Of a stretch of DNA of 64,000 nucleotides, positions 40,684-56,182 are shown piece by piece (the first letter of the stretch is position 1; every line of letters starts with the position of its first letter). The position numbers were made by a program, and so were the translations under genes. Below the pieces are notes generated by a model. The model worked only from the letters and a program-made list of their open reading frames with translations, ran no database searches and was not told the origin of the DNA. This stretch comes from Lingula anatina. Its lineage: Eukaryota; Animalia; Brachiopoda. The stretch covers positions 30,386,401-30,450,400 of the forward strand of contig CM120641.1 in NCBI GenBank assembly GCA_051362555.1. Reading direction: 5' to 3'.

Positions 40684-42518
40684 CTAGAAAAAGAACAATG
40701 TGTTTGATAAAAGTGAAAATTGAATTCTAAAGATTGACAAATTTCCCCCATTAAAAAAGTTGAACAATAATTGTGATAAGCTTAACCTTAACAGTTGACT
40801 ATGTCTAATAAAAAGGACATTTTCAGAACATATAAATTTGAGAAATACTGAAAATGACATTGAAAAGACTGCCAAATTCCATGGCTTGAAATAGTTAAAC
40901 GTTAATAATTTTCACAAATCTTGTCCAAAATTTGTGACATTTGGACAGATGATGCATAACAATAATAAAAATCTGTGATAAGCTCATCAGTTGACTGCAT
41001 CTCATGAAAAACATTTTTCAGAGCATATAAATGTGAGAAAACTGAAAATGACATTGAAAAGACTGCCAAATTCCATGGCTTAAAATAGTTGAACGTTAAT
41101 AATTTTCACAAATCTTGTCTAATATTTGTGAAATTTGGAGAGATGATGCATAACAACAATAAAAATCTGTGATAAGCTCATCAGTTGACTGTGTCTCATA
41201 AAAAAGATTTTTTTGGACAATAAAATTGAGAAAAACGGAAAATGACATTGAAAAGACTGCAAAATGCAGTGCCTTAAAAAAGTTAAACGTTAATAATTTT
41301 CACAAATCTTGTTCAAATCTTGTCTAATATTTGTGAAATTTGGAGAGATGATGCATAACAACAATAAAAATCTGTGATAAGCTCATCAGTTGACTGTGTC
41401 TCATAAAAAAGATTTTTTTGGACAATAAAATTGAGAAAAACGGAAAATGACATTGAAAAGACTGCAAAATGCAGTGCCTTAAAAAAGTTAAACGTTAATA
41501 ATTTTCACAAATCTTGTTCAAGATTTGTGAAATTTGGATAGATGATGCATAACAATAATAAAAATCTGTGATAAGCTCATCAGTTGACTGTGTTTCATGA
41601 AAAACATTTTTCAGAGCATATAAATGTGAGAAAACTGAAAATGACATTGAAAAGACTGCCAAATTCCATGGCTTAAAATAGTTTAACGTTAATAATTTTC
41701 ACAAATCTTGTCTAATATTTGTGAAATTTGGAAAGATGATGCATAACAACAATAAAAATCTGTGATAAGCTCATCAGTTGACTGTGTCTCATAAAAAAGA
41801 TTTTTTTTGGACAATAAAATTGAGAAAACAAAATGACATTGAAAAAACTGCCAAATTCAATGGCTTGAAATAGTTAAACGTTAATAATTTTCACAAATCT
41901 TCTTCAAGATTTGTGAAATATGGACAGATGATGCATTACAATAATAAAAATCTGTGATGAGCTCAACAGTTGACTGTGTTTCATGAAAAACATTTTTCAG
42001 AGCATATAAATGTGAAAAAACTGAAAATTACATTGCAAAGACTGCAAAATTCCATGGCTTTAAACAGTTAAACGTTAATAATTTTCACAAATCTTGTCGA
42101 ATATTTGTGAAATTTGGATAGATGATGCATAACAACAATAAAAATCTGTGATAAGCTCATCAGTTGACTGTGTCTCATGAAAAAGAATTTTCAGAGCATA
42201 TAAATGTGAAAAAACTGAAAATGACACTGAGAAGACTGCAAAATGCGGTGCCTTAAAATAGTTAAAAGTAAATAATTTTCACAAAACTTGTTTAATAGTT
42301 GTGAAATTTGGAGAGATGATGCTTAACAATAACAAAAATCTATGATAAGCTTAACAGTTGACAGTGTGTGATAGAATTGTAGTTGTTTGACATTTTGTAT
42401 GCGAAGAGTGAGAATTATCTACAATATTTTTTTTTCAATTTCACAACATCTAATTAGACTCACATTAAACATCAAATATTATGATTTGAGTTTGTTTGTG
42501 TAAGAGGTGACAAATTAC

Positions 42519-42804
42519 CCATAATTGTCCTCTGGAAAAAAATATATACCCATTTAAGACATCTCCTTACTACCAATACCAGATGCAGATTCCTCCTTAC
42601 AATCGGTTTCTGGAATAGGGTTTAGCACACCATTTGACAATGTCCTAAAGCTTGCCATATACCATCTATTGTACACATGGATGAGACATAGCATTGCTCT
42701 TGCTGTTGTCTTTTGCTGTCTGTTTTTTCTATAGGAATTAGCCCTGACCAGACAGGAAGAATCAGTTCACCAAAAAAGCCATCACGTTGTATGGAAAAGG
42801 TCAC
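42519..42804 (-). repeat. Module core copy 26, type IV
   Basis: Near-identical core. Confidence 0.9.
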
Positions 42805-44435
42805 CTGGAAAAAGAACAATATGTTTGATAAAAGTGAAAATTAAATTCTAAAAATTGACAAATTTCAGACACTAAAATAGATGAAAAATAATTTTGATAA
42901 ACTAAACCTAAACAGTTGACTATGTCTAATAAAAAGGATATTTTCAGAACATATAAATTTGAGAAATACTGAATATGACATTGAAAAAACTGCCAAATTC
43001 AATGGCTTGAAATAGTTAAACGTTAATAATTTTCACAAATCTTGTCTAATATTTGTGAAATTTACATAGATGATGCATAACAACAATACAAATCTGTGAT
43101 AAGCTCATCAGTTGACTGTGTCTCATTTAAAAGATTTTTTTGGACAATAAATTTGAGAAAATTAAAAATGACACTGAGAAGACTGCAAAATGCGGTGCCT
43201 TAAAATAGTTAAACGTTAATAATTTTCACAAAACTTGTTCAATATTTGTGAAATTTAGACAGATGATGCATAACAATAATAAAAATCTGTGATAAGCTCA
43301 TCAATTGAATGTGTCTCATGAAAAACATTTTTCAGAGCATATAAATGTGAGAAAACTGAAAACGACATTGAAAAGACTGCCAAATTCCATGGCTTAAAAT
43401 AGTTAAACATTAATTATTTTCACAAATCTTGATTAATACTTGTGAAATTTGGAGAGATGATGCTTAACAATAATAAAAATCTGTGATAAGCTCATCAGTT
43501 GACTGCATCTCATGAAAAACATTTTTCAGGGCATATAAATGTAAGAAAACTGAAAATGACATTGAAAAGACTGCCAAATTCCAAGGCTTAAAATAGTTAA
43601 ACATTAATAATTTTCACAAATCTTGTTTAATATTTGTGAAATTTGGATAGATGATGCATAACAACAATACAAATCTGTGATAAGCTCATCAGTTGACTGT
43701 GTCTCATTAAAAAGATTTTTTTGGACAATAAATTTGAGAAAATTGAAAATGACACTGAGAAGACTGCAAAATGCGGTGCCTTAAAATAGTTAAACGTTAA
43801 TAATATTCACAAAACTTGTTCAATATTTGTGAAATTTGGAGAGATGATGCTTAACAATAATAAAAATATATGATAAGCTCATCAGTTGACTACATCTCAT
43901 GAAAAACATTTTTCAGGGCATATAAATGTGAGAAAACTGAAAATGACACTGAAAAGACTGCCAAATTCCATGGCTTAAAATAGTTTAACGTTAATAATTT
44001 TCACAAATCTTGTCTAATATTTGTGAAATTTGGATAGATGATGCATAACAACAATAAAAATCTGTGATAAGCTCATCAGTTTACTGTGTCTCATTAAAAA
44101 GATTTTTTTTTTGGACAATAAAATTGAGAAAATTGAAAATGAAACTGAAAAGACTGCAAAATGCGGTGCCTTAAAATAGTTAAATATTAATAATTTTCAC
44201 AAAACTTGTTCAATATTTGTGAAATTTGGAGAGATGATGCTTAGCAATAACAAAAATCTGTGATAAGCTTAACAGTTGACAGTGTGTGACAGAATTGTAG
44301 TTGTCTGACATTTTGTATGCGAAGAGTGAGAATTATCTACAATATTTTTTTTCAATTTCACAACATCTAATTAGACTCACATTAAACATCAAATATTATG
44401 ATTTGAGTTTGTTTGTGTAATAGGTGACAAATTAC

Positions 44436-44721
44436 CCATAATTGTCCTCTGGAAAAGAATATATACCCATTTAAGACATCTCCTTACTACCAATACCAAA
44501 TGCAGATTCCTCCTTACAATCGGTTTCTGGAATAGGGTTTAGCACACCATTTGACAATGTCCTAAAGCTTGCCATATACCATCTATTGTACACATGGATG
44601 AGACATAGCATTGCTCTTGCTGTTGTCTTTTTCTGTCTGTTTTTTCTATAGGAATTAGCCCTGACCAGACAGGAAGAATCAGTTCACCAAAAAATCCATC
44701 ACGCTGTATGGAAAAGGTCAC
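44436..44721 (-). repeat. Module core copy 27, type II (A4)
   Basis: Near-identical core. Confidence 0.9.
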
Positions 44722-45577
44722 CTAGAAAAAGAACAATGTGTTTGATAAAAGTGAAAATTGAATTCTAAAGATTGACAAATTTCCCCCATTAAAAAAGTTG
44801 AACAATAATTGTGATAAGCTTAACCTAAACAGTTGACTATGTATAATAAAAAGGACATTTTCAGAACATATAAATTTGAGAAATACTGAAAATGACATTG
44901 AAAAGACTGCCAAATTCCATGGCTTGAAATAGTTAAACGTTAATAATTTTCACAAATCTTGTCCAAAATTTGTGACATTTGGACAGATGATGCATAACAA
45001 TAACAAAAATCTGTGATAAGCTCATCAGTTGACTGCATCTCATGAAAAACATTTTTCAGAGCATATAAATGTGAGAAAACTGAAAATGACATTGAAAAGA
45101 CTGCCAAATTCCATGGCTTAAAATAGTTGAACGTTAATAATTTTCACAAATCTTGTCTAATAATTGTGAAATTTGGATAGATGATGCATAACAACAATAC
45201 AAAGCTGTGATAAGCTCATCAGTTGACTGTGTCTCATGAAAAAGATTTATTTTGGACAATAAATTTGAGAAAACAGAAAATGACATTGAAAAGACTGCAA
45301 AATGCGGTGCCTTAAAATAGTTAAACGTTAATAATTTTCACAAAACTTGTTCAATATTTGTGAAATTTGGAGAGATGATGCTTAACAATAACAAAAATCT
45401 ATGAAAAGCTTAACAGTTGACAGTGTGTGATAGAATTGTAGTTGTTTGACATTTTGTATGCGAAGAGTGAGAATTATCTACAATATTTTTTTTTCAATTT
45501 CAAAACATCTAATTAGACTCACATTAAACATCAAATATTATGATTTGAGTTTGTTTGTGTAAGAGGTGACAAATTAC

Positions 45578-45863
45578 CCACAATTGTCCTCTGGAAAAGA
45601 ATATATACCCATTTAAGACATCTCCTTACTACCAATACCAGATGCAGATTCCTCCTTACAATCAGTTTCTGGAATAGGGTTTAGCACACCATTTGACAAT
45701 GTCCTAAAGCTTGCCATATACCATCTATTGTACACATGGATGAGACATAGCATTGCTCTTGCTGTTGTCTTTTGCTGTCTGTTATTTCTATAGGAATTAG
45801 CCCTGACCAGACAGGAAGAATCAGTTCACCAAAAAATCCATCACGCTGTATGGAAAAGGTCAC
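45578..45863 (-). repeat. Module core copy 28, type III
   Basis: Near-identical core. Confidence 0.9.
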
Positions 45864-47882
45864 CTGGAAAAAGAACAATATGTTTGATAAAAGTGAAAAT
45901 TAAATTCTAAATATTGAAGAATTTCCCACACTAAAATAGTAGAACAATAATTTTGATAAACTTAACCTAAACAGTTGACTATATATAATAAAAAGGACAT
46001 TTTCAGAACATATAAATTTGAGAAATACTGAAAATGACATTGAAAAAACAGCCAAATTCCATGGCTTGAAATAGTTAAACGTTAATAATTTTCACAAATC
46101 TTGTTCAAGATTTCTGAAATTTGGACAGATGATGCATAACAATAATAAAAATCTGTGATAAGCTCATCAGTTGACTGTGTCTCATGAAAAAGATTTTTTT
46201 TGGACAATTAATTTGAGAAAACTGAAAATAACACTGAAACGACTGCCAAATTCCATGGCTTGAAATAGTTAAACGTTAATAATTTTCACAAATCTTGTCT
46301 AATATTTGTGAAATTTAGATAGATGATGCATAACAACAATACAAATCTGTGATAAGCTCATCAGTTGACTGTGTCTCATTTAAAAGATTTTTTTGGACAA
46401 TAAATTTGAGAAAATTGAAAATGACACTGAGAAGACTGCAAAATGCGGTGCCTTAAAATAGTTAAACGTTAATAATTTTCACAAAACTTGTTCAATATTT
46501 GTGAAATTTAGACAGATGATGCATAACAATAATAAAAATCTGTGATAAGCTCATCAATTGAATGTGTCTCATGAAAAACATTTTCCAGAGCATATAAATG
46601 TGAGAAAACTGAAAATGACATTGAAAAGACTGCCAAATTCCATGGCTTGAAATAGTTAAACATTAATAATTTTCACAAATCTTGTTTAATATTTGTGAAA
46701 TTTGGAGAGATGATGCTTAACAATAATAAAAATCTGTGATAAGCTCATCAGTTGACTGCATCTCATGAAAAACATTTTTCAGGGCATATAAATATGAGAA
46801 AACTGAAAATGACATTGAAAAGACTGCCAAATTCCATGGCTTAAAATAGTTAAACGTTAATAATTTTCACAAAACTTGTTCAATATTTGTGAAATTTAGA
46901 CAGATGATGCATAACAATAATAAAAATCTGTGATAAGCTCATCAATTGAATGTGTCTCATGAAAAACATTTTTCAGAGCATATAAATGTGAGAAAACTGA
47001 AAATGACATTGAAAAGACTGCCAAATTCCATGGCTTAAAATAGTTAAACGTTAATAATTTTCACAAATCTTGTCTAATGTTTGTGAAATTTGGATAGATG
47101 ATGCATATCAACAATAAAAATCTGTGATAAGCTCATTAGTTGCCTGTGTCTCATAAAAAAGATTTTTTTGGACAATAAAATTGAGAAAAACGGAAAATGA
47201 CATTGAAAAGACTGCAAAATGTGGTGCCTTAAAATAGTTAAACGTTAATAATTTTCACAAATCTTGTCTAATATTTGGGAAATTTGGATAGATGATGCAT
47301 AACAACAATAAAAATCTGTGATAAGCTCATCAGTTCACTGTGTCTCATAAAAAAGATTTTTTTGGACAATAAAATTGAGAAAACAGAAAATGACATTGAA
47401 AAGACTGCAAAATGAGGTGCCTTAAAATAGTTAAACGTTAATAATTTTCACAAATCTTGTTCAAGATTTGTGAAATTTGGACAGATGATGCATAACAATA
47501 ATAAAAATCAGTGATAAGCTCATCAGTTGACTGTGTCTCATTAAAAAGATTTTTTTTTGGACAATAAAATTGAGAAAATTAAAAATGAAACTGAAAAGAC
47601 TGCAAAATGCGGTGCCTTAAAATAGTTAAATATTAATAATTTTCACAAAACTTGTTCAATATTTGTGAAATTTGGAGAGATGATGCTTAGCAAGAACAAA
47701 AATCTGTGATAAGCTTAACAGTTGACAGTGTGTGATAGAATTGTAGTTGTCTGACATTTTGTATGCGAAGAGTGAGAATTATCTACAATATTTTTTTTTT
47801 CAATTTCACAACATCTAATTAGACTCACATTAAACATCAAATATTATGATTTGAGTTTGTTTGTGTAATGGTGACAAATTAC

Positions 47883-48168
47883 CCATAATTGTCCTCTGGA
47901 AAAGAATATATACCCATTTAAGACATCTCCTTACTACCAATACCAGATGCAGATTCCTCCTTACAATCGGTTTCTGGAATAGGGTTTAGCACACCATTTG
48001 ACAATGTCCTTAAGCTTGCCATATACCATCTATTGTACACATGGATGAGACATAGCATTGCTCTTGCTGTTGTCTTTTGCTGTCTGTTTTTTCTATAGGA
48101 ATTAGCCCTGACCAGACAGGAAGAATCAGTTCACCAAAAAAGCCATCACGCTGTATGGAAAAGGTCAC
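47883..48168 (-). repeat. Module core copy 29, type IV
   Basis: Near-identical core; extra stop codon in the long minus-strand frame. Confidence 0.9.
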
Positions 48169-49023
48169 CTGGAAAAAGAACAATGTGTTTGATAAAAGTG
48201 AAAATTGAATTCTAAAAATTGACAAATTTCAGACACTAAAATAGATGAAAAATAATTTTGATAAACTTAACGTAAACAGTTGACTATGTCTAATAAAAAG
48301 GATATTTTCAGAACATATAAATTTGAGAAATACTGAATACGACATTGAAAAGACTGCCAAATTCCATGGCTTGAAATAGTTAAATGTTAATAATTTTCAT
48401 AAATCTTGTTCAAGATTTGTGAAATTTGGACAGATGATGCATAACAATAATAAAAATCTGTGATAAGCTCATCAGTTGACTGCGTCTCATGAAAAACATT
48501 TTTCAGAGCATATAAATGTGAGAAAACTGAAAATGACATTGAAAAGACTGCAAAATTCCATGGCTTAAAATAGTTTAACGTTAATAATTTTCACATATCT
48601 TGTCTAATAATTGTGAAATTTGGATAGATGATGCATAACAACAATACAAATCTGTGATAAGCTCATCAGTTGACTGTGTCTCATGAAAAAGATTTATTTT
48701 GGACAATAAATTTGAGAAAACAGAAAATGACATTGAAAAGACTGCAAAATGCGGTGCCTTAAAATAGTTAAACGTTAATAATTTTCACAAAACTTGTTCA
48801 ATATTTGTGAAATTTGGAGAGATGATGCTTAACAATAACAAAAATCTATGAAAAGCTTAACAGTTGACAGTGTTGATAGAATTGTAGTTGTTTGACATTT
48901 TGTATGCGAAGAGTGAGAATTATCTACAATATTTTTTTTTCAATTTCAAAACATCTAATTAGACTCACATTAAACATCAAATATTATGATTTGAGTTTGT
49001 TTGTGTAAGAGGTGACAAATTAC

Positions 49024-49309
49024 CCACAATTGTCCTCTGGAAAAGAATATATACCCATTTAAGACATCTCCTTACTACCAATACCAGATGCAGATTCCTC
49101 CTTACAATCGGTTTCTGGAATAGGGTTTAGCACACCATTTGACAATGTCCTAAAGCTTGCCATATACCATCTATTGTACACATGGATGAGACATAGCATT
49201 GCTCTTGCTGTTGTCTTTTGCTGTCTGTTATTTCTATAGGAATTAGCCCTGACCAGACAGGAAGAATCAGTTCACCAAAAAATCCATCACGCTGTATGGA
49301 AAAGGTCAC
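49024..49309 (-). repeat. Module core copy 30, type III
   Basis: Near-identical core. Confidence 0.9.
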
Positions 49310-50750
49310 CTGGAAAAAGAACAATATGTTTGATAAAAGTGAAAATTAAATTCTAAATATTGAAAAATTTCCCACACTAAAATAGTAGAACAATAATTTT
49401 GATAAACTTAACCTAAACAGTTGACTATATATAATAAAAAGGACATTTTCAGAACATATAAATTTGAGAAATACTGAAAATGACATTGAAAAAACAGCCA
49501 AATTCCATGGCTTGAAATAGTTAAACGTTAATAATTTTCACAAATCTTGTTCAAGATTTGTGAAATTTGGACAGATGATGCATAACAATAATAAAAATCT
49601 GTGATAAGCTCATCAGTGGACTGTGTCTCATGAAAAAGATTTTTTTTGGACAATTAATTTGAGAAAACTGAAAATAACACTGAAACGACTGCCAAATTCC
49701 ATGGCTTAAAATAGTTAAACGTTAATAATTTTCACAAATCTTGTCTAATATTTGTGAAATTTGGAAAGATGATGCATAACAACAATACAAATCTGAGATA
49801 AGCTCATCAGTTGACTGTGTCTCATTTAAAAGATTTTTTTGGACAATAAATTTGAGAAAATTGAAAATGACACTGAGAAGACTGCAAAATGCAGTGCCTT
49901 AAAATAGTTAAACGTTAATAATTTTCACAAAACTTGTTCAATATTTGTGAAATATAGACAGATGATGCATAACAATAATAAAAATCTGTGATAAGCTCAT
50001 CAATTGAATGTGTCTCATGAAAAACATTTTTCAGAGCATATAAATGTGAGAAAACTGAAAATGACATTGAAAAGACTGCCAAATTCCATGGCTTAAAATA
50101 GTTAAACGTTAATAATTTTCACAAATCTTGTCTAATGTTTGTGAAATTTGGATAGATGATGCATATCAACAATAAAAATCTGTGATAAGCTCGTTAGTTG
50201 CCTGTGTCTCATAAAAAAGATTTTTTTGGACAATAAAATTGAGAAAAACGGAAAATGACATTGAAAAGACTGCAAAATGCGGTGCCTTAAAATAGTTAAA
50301 CGTTTATAATTTTCACAAATCTTGTTCAAGATTTGTGAAATTTGGATAGATGATGCATAACAATAATAAAAATCTGTGATAAGCTCATCAATTGAATGTG
50401 TGTCATGAAAAAGAATTTTTCAGAGCATATAAATGTGAAAAAACTGAAAATGACATTACAAAGACTGCAAAATTCCATGGCTTTAAATAGTTAAACGTTA
50501 ATAATTTTCACAAATCTTGTCGAATATCTTGTTGAAATTTGGATAGATGATGCATAACAACAATAAAAATCTGTGATAAGCTCATCAGTTGACAGTGTGT
50601 GATAGAATTGTAGTTGATTGACATTTTGTATGCGAAGAGTGAGAATTATCTACAATATTTTTTTTTTTCAATTTCACAACATCTAATTAGACTCACATTA
50701 AACATCAAATATTATGATTTGAGTTTGTTTGTGTAATGGTGACAAATTAC

Positions 50751-51036
50751 CCATAATTGTCCTCTGGAAAAGAATATATACCCATTTAAGACATCTCCTT
50801 ACTACCAATACCAGATGCAGATTCCTCCTTACAATCGGTTTCTGGAATAGGGTTTAGCACACCATTTGACAATGTCCTAAAGCTTGCCATATACCATCTA
50901 TTGTACACATGGATGAGACATAGCATTGCTCTTGCTGTTGTCTTTTGCTGTCTGTTTTTTCTATAGGAATTAGCCCTGACCAGACAGGAAGAATCAGTTC
51001 ACCAAAAAAGCCATCATGCTGTATGGAAAAGGTCAC
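50751..51036 (-). repeat. Module core copy 31, type III
   Basis: Near-identical core. Confidence 0.9.
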
Positions 51037-52087
51037 CTGGAAAAAGAACAATATGTTTGATAAAAGTGAAAATTAAATTCTAAATATTGACAAATTTCCC
51101 ACACTAAAATAGTAGAACAATAATTTTGATAAACTTTACCTAAACAGTTGACTATGTCTAATAAAAAGGACATTTTCAGAACATATAAATTTGAGAAATT
51201 CTGAAAATGACATTGAAAAAACTGCCAAATTCCATGGCTTGAAATAGTTAAACGTTAATAATTTTCACAAATCTTGTCTAATATTTGTGAAATTTAGATA
51301 GATGATGCATAACAACAATACAAATCTGTGATAAGCTCATCATTTGACTGTGTCTCATTTAAAAGATTTTTTTGGACAATAAATTTGAGAAAATTGAAAA
51401 TGACACTGAGAAGACTGCAAAATGCGGTGCCTTAAAATAGTTAAACGTTAATAATTTTCACAAAACTTGTTCAATATTTGTGAAATTTAGACAGATGATG
51501 CATAACAATAATAAAAATCTGTGATAAGCTCATCAGTTGACTGTGTTTCATGAAAAACATTTTTCAGAGCATATAAATGTGAAAAAACTGAAAATGACAT
51601 TGAAAAGACTGCCAAATTCCAAGGCTTAAAATAGTTTAACGTTAATAATTTTCACAAATCTTGTCTAATATTTGTGAAATTTGGATAGATGATGCATAAC
51701 AACAAGAAAAATCTGTGATAAGCTCATCAGTTGACTGTGTCTCATTAAAAAGATTTATTTTTTGGACAATAAAATTGAGAAAATTGAAAATGAAACTGAA
51801 AAGACTGCAAAATGCGGTGCCTTAAAATAGTTAAATATTAATAATTTTCACAAAACTTGTTCAATATTTGTGAAATTTGGAGAGATGATGCTTAGCAATA
51901 ACAAAAATCTGTGATAAACTTAACAGTTGACAGTGTGTGATAGAATTGTAGTTGTCTGACATTTTGTATGCGAAGAGTGAGAATTATCTACAATATTTTT
52001 TTTTCAATTTCACAACATCTAATTAGACTCACATTAAACATCAAATATTATGATTTGAGTTTGTTTGTGTAAGAGGTGACAAATTAC

Positions 52088-52373
52088 CCATAATTGTCCT
52101 CTGGAAAAGAATATATACCCACTTAAGACATCTCCTTACTACCAATACCAGATGCAGATTCCTCCTTACAATCGGTTTCTGGAATAGGGTTTAGCACACC
52201 ATTTGACAATGTCCTAAAGCTTGCCATATACCATCTATTGTACACATGGATGAGACATAGCATTGCTCTTGCTGTTGTCTTTTGCTGTCTGTTTTTTCTA
52301 TAGGAATTAGCCCTGACCAGACAGGAAGAATCAGTTCACCAAAAAATCCATCACGCTGTATGGAAAAGGTCAC
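52088..52373 (-). repeat. Module core copy 32, type I
   Basis: Near-identical core. Confidence 0.9.
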
Positions 52374-54200
52374 CTAGAAAAAGAACAATATGTTTGATAA
52401 AAGTGAAAATTGAATTCTAAAAATTGACAAATTTCCCACATTAAAAAAGTTGAACAATAATTTTGATAAACTTAATCTAAACAGTTGACTATGTCTAATA
52501 AAAAGGACATTTTCAAAACATATAAATTTGAGAAATACTGAAAATGACATTGAAAAGACTGCCAAATTCCATGGCTTGAAATAGTTAAATGTTAATAATT
52601 TTCACAAATCTTGTTTAATATTTGTGAAATTTGGAGAGATGATGCTTAACAATTATAAAAATCTGTGATAAGCTCATCAGTTGACTGCATCTCATGAAAA
52701 ACATTTTTCAGGGCATATAAATGTGAGAAAATTGAAAATGAAACTGAAAAGACTGCCAAATTCCATGGCTTAAAATAGTTAAACGTTAATAATTTTCACA
52801 AATCTTGTCTAATATTTGTGAAATTTAGATAGATGATGCATAACAATAATACAAATCTGTGATAAGCTCATCAGTTGACTGTGTTTCATGAAAAACATTT
52901 TTCAGAGCATATAAATGTGAAAAAACTGAAAATGACATTGCAAAGACTGCCAAATTCCATGGCTTAAAATAGTTAAACGTTAATAATTTTCACAAATCTT
53001 GTCTAATGTTTGTGAAATTTGGAGAGATGATGCATATCAACAATAAAAATCTGTGATAAGCTCATCAGTTGCCTGTGTCTCATAAAAAAGATTTTTTTGG
53101 ACAATAAAATTGAGAAAAACGGAAAATGACATTGAAAAGACTGCAAAATGTGGTGCCTTAAAATAGTTAAACGTTTATAATTTTCACAAATCTTGTTCAA
53201 GATTTGTGAAATTTGGATAGATGATGCATAACAATAATAAAAATCTGTGATAAGCTCATCAGTTGACTGTGTTTCATGAAAAACATTTTTCAGAGCATAT
53301 AAATGTGAAAAAACTGAAAATGACATTGCAAAGACTGCCAAATTCCATGGCTTAAAATAGTTAAACGTTAATAATTTTCACAAATCTTGTCTAATGTTTG
53401 TGAAATTTGGAGAGATGATGCATATCAACAATAAAAATCTGTGATAAGCTCATCAGTTGCCTGTGTCTCATAAAAAAGATTTTTTTGGACAATAAAATTG
53501 AGAAAAACGGAAAATGACATTGAAAAGACTGCAAAATGTGGTGCCTTAAAATAGTTAAACGTTTATAATTTTCACAAATCTTGTTCAAGATTTGTGAAAT
53601 TTGGATAGATGATGCATAACAATAATAAAAATCTGTGATAAGCTCATCAGTTGACTGTGTTTCATGAAAAACATTTTTCAGAGCATATAAATGTGAAAAA
53701 ACTGAAAATGACATTGAAAAGACTGCCAAATTCCAAGGCTTAAAATAGTTTAACGTTAATAATTTTCACAAATCTTGTCTAATATTTGTGAAATTTGGAT
53801 AGATGATGCATAACAACAAGAAAAATCTGTGATAAGCTCATCAGTTGACTGTGTCTCATTAAAAAGATTTTTTTTTGGACAATAAAATTGAGAAAATTGA
53901 AAATGAAACTGAAAAGACTGCAAAATGCGGTGCCTTAAAATAGTTAAATATTAATAATTTTCACAAAACTTGTTCAATATTTGTGAAATTTGGAGAGATG
54001 ATGCTTAGCAATAACAAAAATCTGTGATAAACTTAACAGTTGACAGTGTGTGATAGAATTGTAGTTGTCTGACATTTTGTATGCGAAGAGTGAGAATTAT
54101 CTACAATATTTTTTTTTCAATTTCACAACATCTAATTAGACTCACATTAAACATCAAATATTATGATTTGAGTTTGTTTGTGTAAGAGGTGACAAATTAC

Positions 54201-54486
54201 CCATAATTGTCCTCTGGAAAAGAATATATACCCACTTAAGACATCTCCTTACTACCAATACCAGATGCAGATTCCTCCTTACAATCGGTTTCTGGAATAG
54301 GGTTTAGCACACCATTTGACAATGTCCTAAAGCTTGCCATATACCATCTATTGTACACATGGATGAGACATAGCATTGCTCTTGCTGTTGTCTTTTGCTG
54401 TCCGTTTTTTCTATAGGAATTAGCCCTGACCAGACAGGAAGAATCAGTTCACCAAAAAATCCATCACGCTGTATGGAAAAGGTCAC
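54201..54486 (-). repeat. Module core copy 33, type I
   Basis: Near-identical core. Confidence 0.9.
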
Positions 54487-55150
54487 CTAGAAAAAGAACA
54501 ATATGTTTGATAAAAGTGAAAATTGAATTCTAAAAATTGACAAATTTCCCACATTAAAAAAGTCGAACAATAATTTTGATAAACATAATCTAAACAGTTG
54601 ACTATGTCTAATAAAAAGGACATTTTCAAAACATATAAATTTGAGAAATACTGAAAATGACATTGAAAAGACTGCCAAATTCCATGGCTTGAAATAGTTA
54701 AATGTTAATAATTTTCACAAATCTTGTCCAATATTTGTGAAATTTGAACAGATGATGCATAACAATAATAAAAATCTGTGATAAGCTCATCAGTTGACTG
54801 TGTTTCATGAAAAACATTTTTCAGAGCATATAAATGTGAAAAAACTGAAAATGACATTGCAAAGACTGCAAAATTCCATGGCTTAAAATAGTTAAATATT
54901 AATAATTTTCACAAAACTTGTTCAATATTTGTGAAATTTGGAGAGATGATGCTTAGCAATAACAAAAATCTGTGATAAGCTTAACAGTTGACAGTGTGTG
55001 ATAGAATTGTAGTTGTCTGACATTTTGTATGCGAAGAGTGAGAATTATCTACAATATTTTTTTTTTTCAATTTCACAACATCTAATTAGACTCACATTAA
55101 ACATCAAATATTATGATTTGAGTTTGTTTGTGTAAGAGGTGACAAATTAC

Positions 55151-55436
55151 CCATAATTGTCCTCTGGAAAAGAATATATACCCATTTAAGACATCTCCTT
55201 ACTACCAATACCAGATGCAGATTCCTCCTTACAATCGGTTTCTGAAATAGGGTTTAGCACACCATTTGACAATGTCCTAAAGCTTGCCATATACCATCTA
55301 TTGTACACATGGATGAGACATAGCATTGCTCTTGCTGTTGTCTTTTGCTGTCTGTTTTTCCTATAGGAATTAGCCCTGACCAGACAGGAAGAATCAGTTC
55401 ACCAAAAAAGCCATCACGCTGTATGGAAAAGGTCAC
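55151..55436 (-). repeat. Module core copy 34, type I'
   Basis: Near-identical core. Confidence 0.9.
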
Positions 55437-56182
55437 CTAGAAAAAGAACAATATGTTTGATAAAAGTGAAAATTGAATTCTAAAAATTGACAAATTTCCC
55501 ACATTAAAAAAGTTAAACATAATTTTGATGAACTTAACCTAAACAGTTGACTATGTCTAATAAAAAGGACATTTTCAGAACATATAAATTTGAGAAATTC
55601 TGAAAATGACATTGAAAAAACTGCCAAATTCCATGGCTTGAAATAGTTAAACGTTAATAATTTTCACAAATCTTGTCTAATATTTGTGAAATTTAGATAG
55701 ATGATGCATAACAACAATACAAATCTGTGATAAGCTCATCAGTTGACTGTGTCTCATTTAAAAGATTAGTGAAATTTGGACAGATGATGCATAACAATAA
55801 TAAAAATCTGTGATAAGCTCATCAGTTGACTGTGTTTCATGAAAAACATTTTTCAGAGCATATAAATGTGAAAAAACTGAAAATGAAATTGCAAAGACTG
55901 CAAAATTCCATGGCTTAAAATAGTTTAATGTTAATAATTTTCACAAAACTTGTTCAATATTTGTGAAATTTGGAGAGATGATGCTTAACAATAACAAAAA
56001 TCTGTGATAAGCTAAACAGTTGACAGTGTGTGATAGGATTGTAGTTGATTGACATTTTGTATGCGAAGAGTGAGAATTATCTACAATATTTTTTTTTTTC
56101 AATTTCACAACATCTAATTAGACTCACATTAAACATCAAATATTATGATTTGAGTTTGTTTGTGTAAGAGGTGACAAATTAC

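Larger units (their letters stand above)
22490..43280. repeat. ~10-11-kb tandem segmental duplication within the array
   Basis: Constant offsets 10997 (23500/34497, 24435/35432, 25911/36908) and 9688 (29475/39163, 30813/40501, 32934/42622); private indels are shared. Confidence 0.9.
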
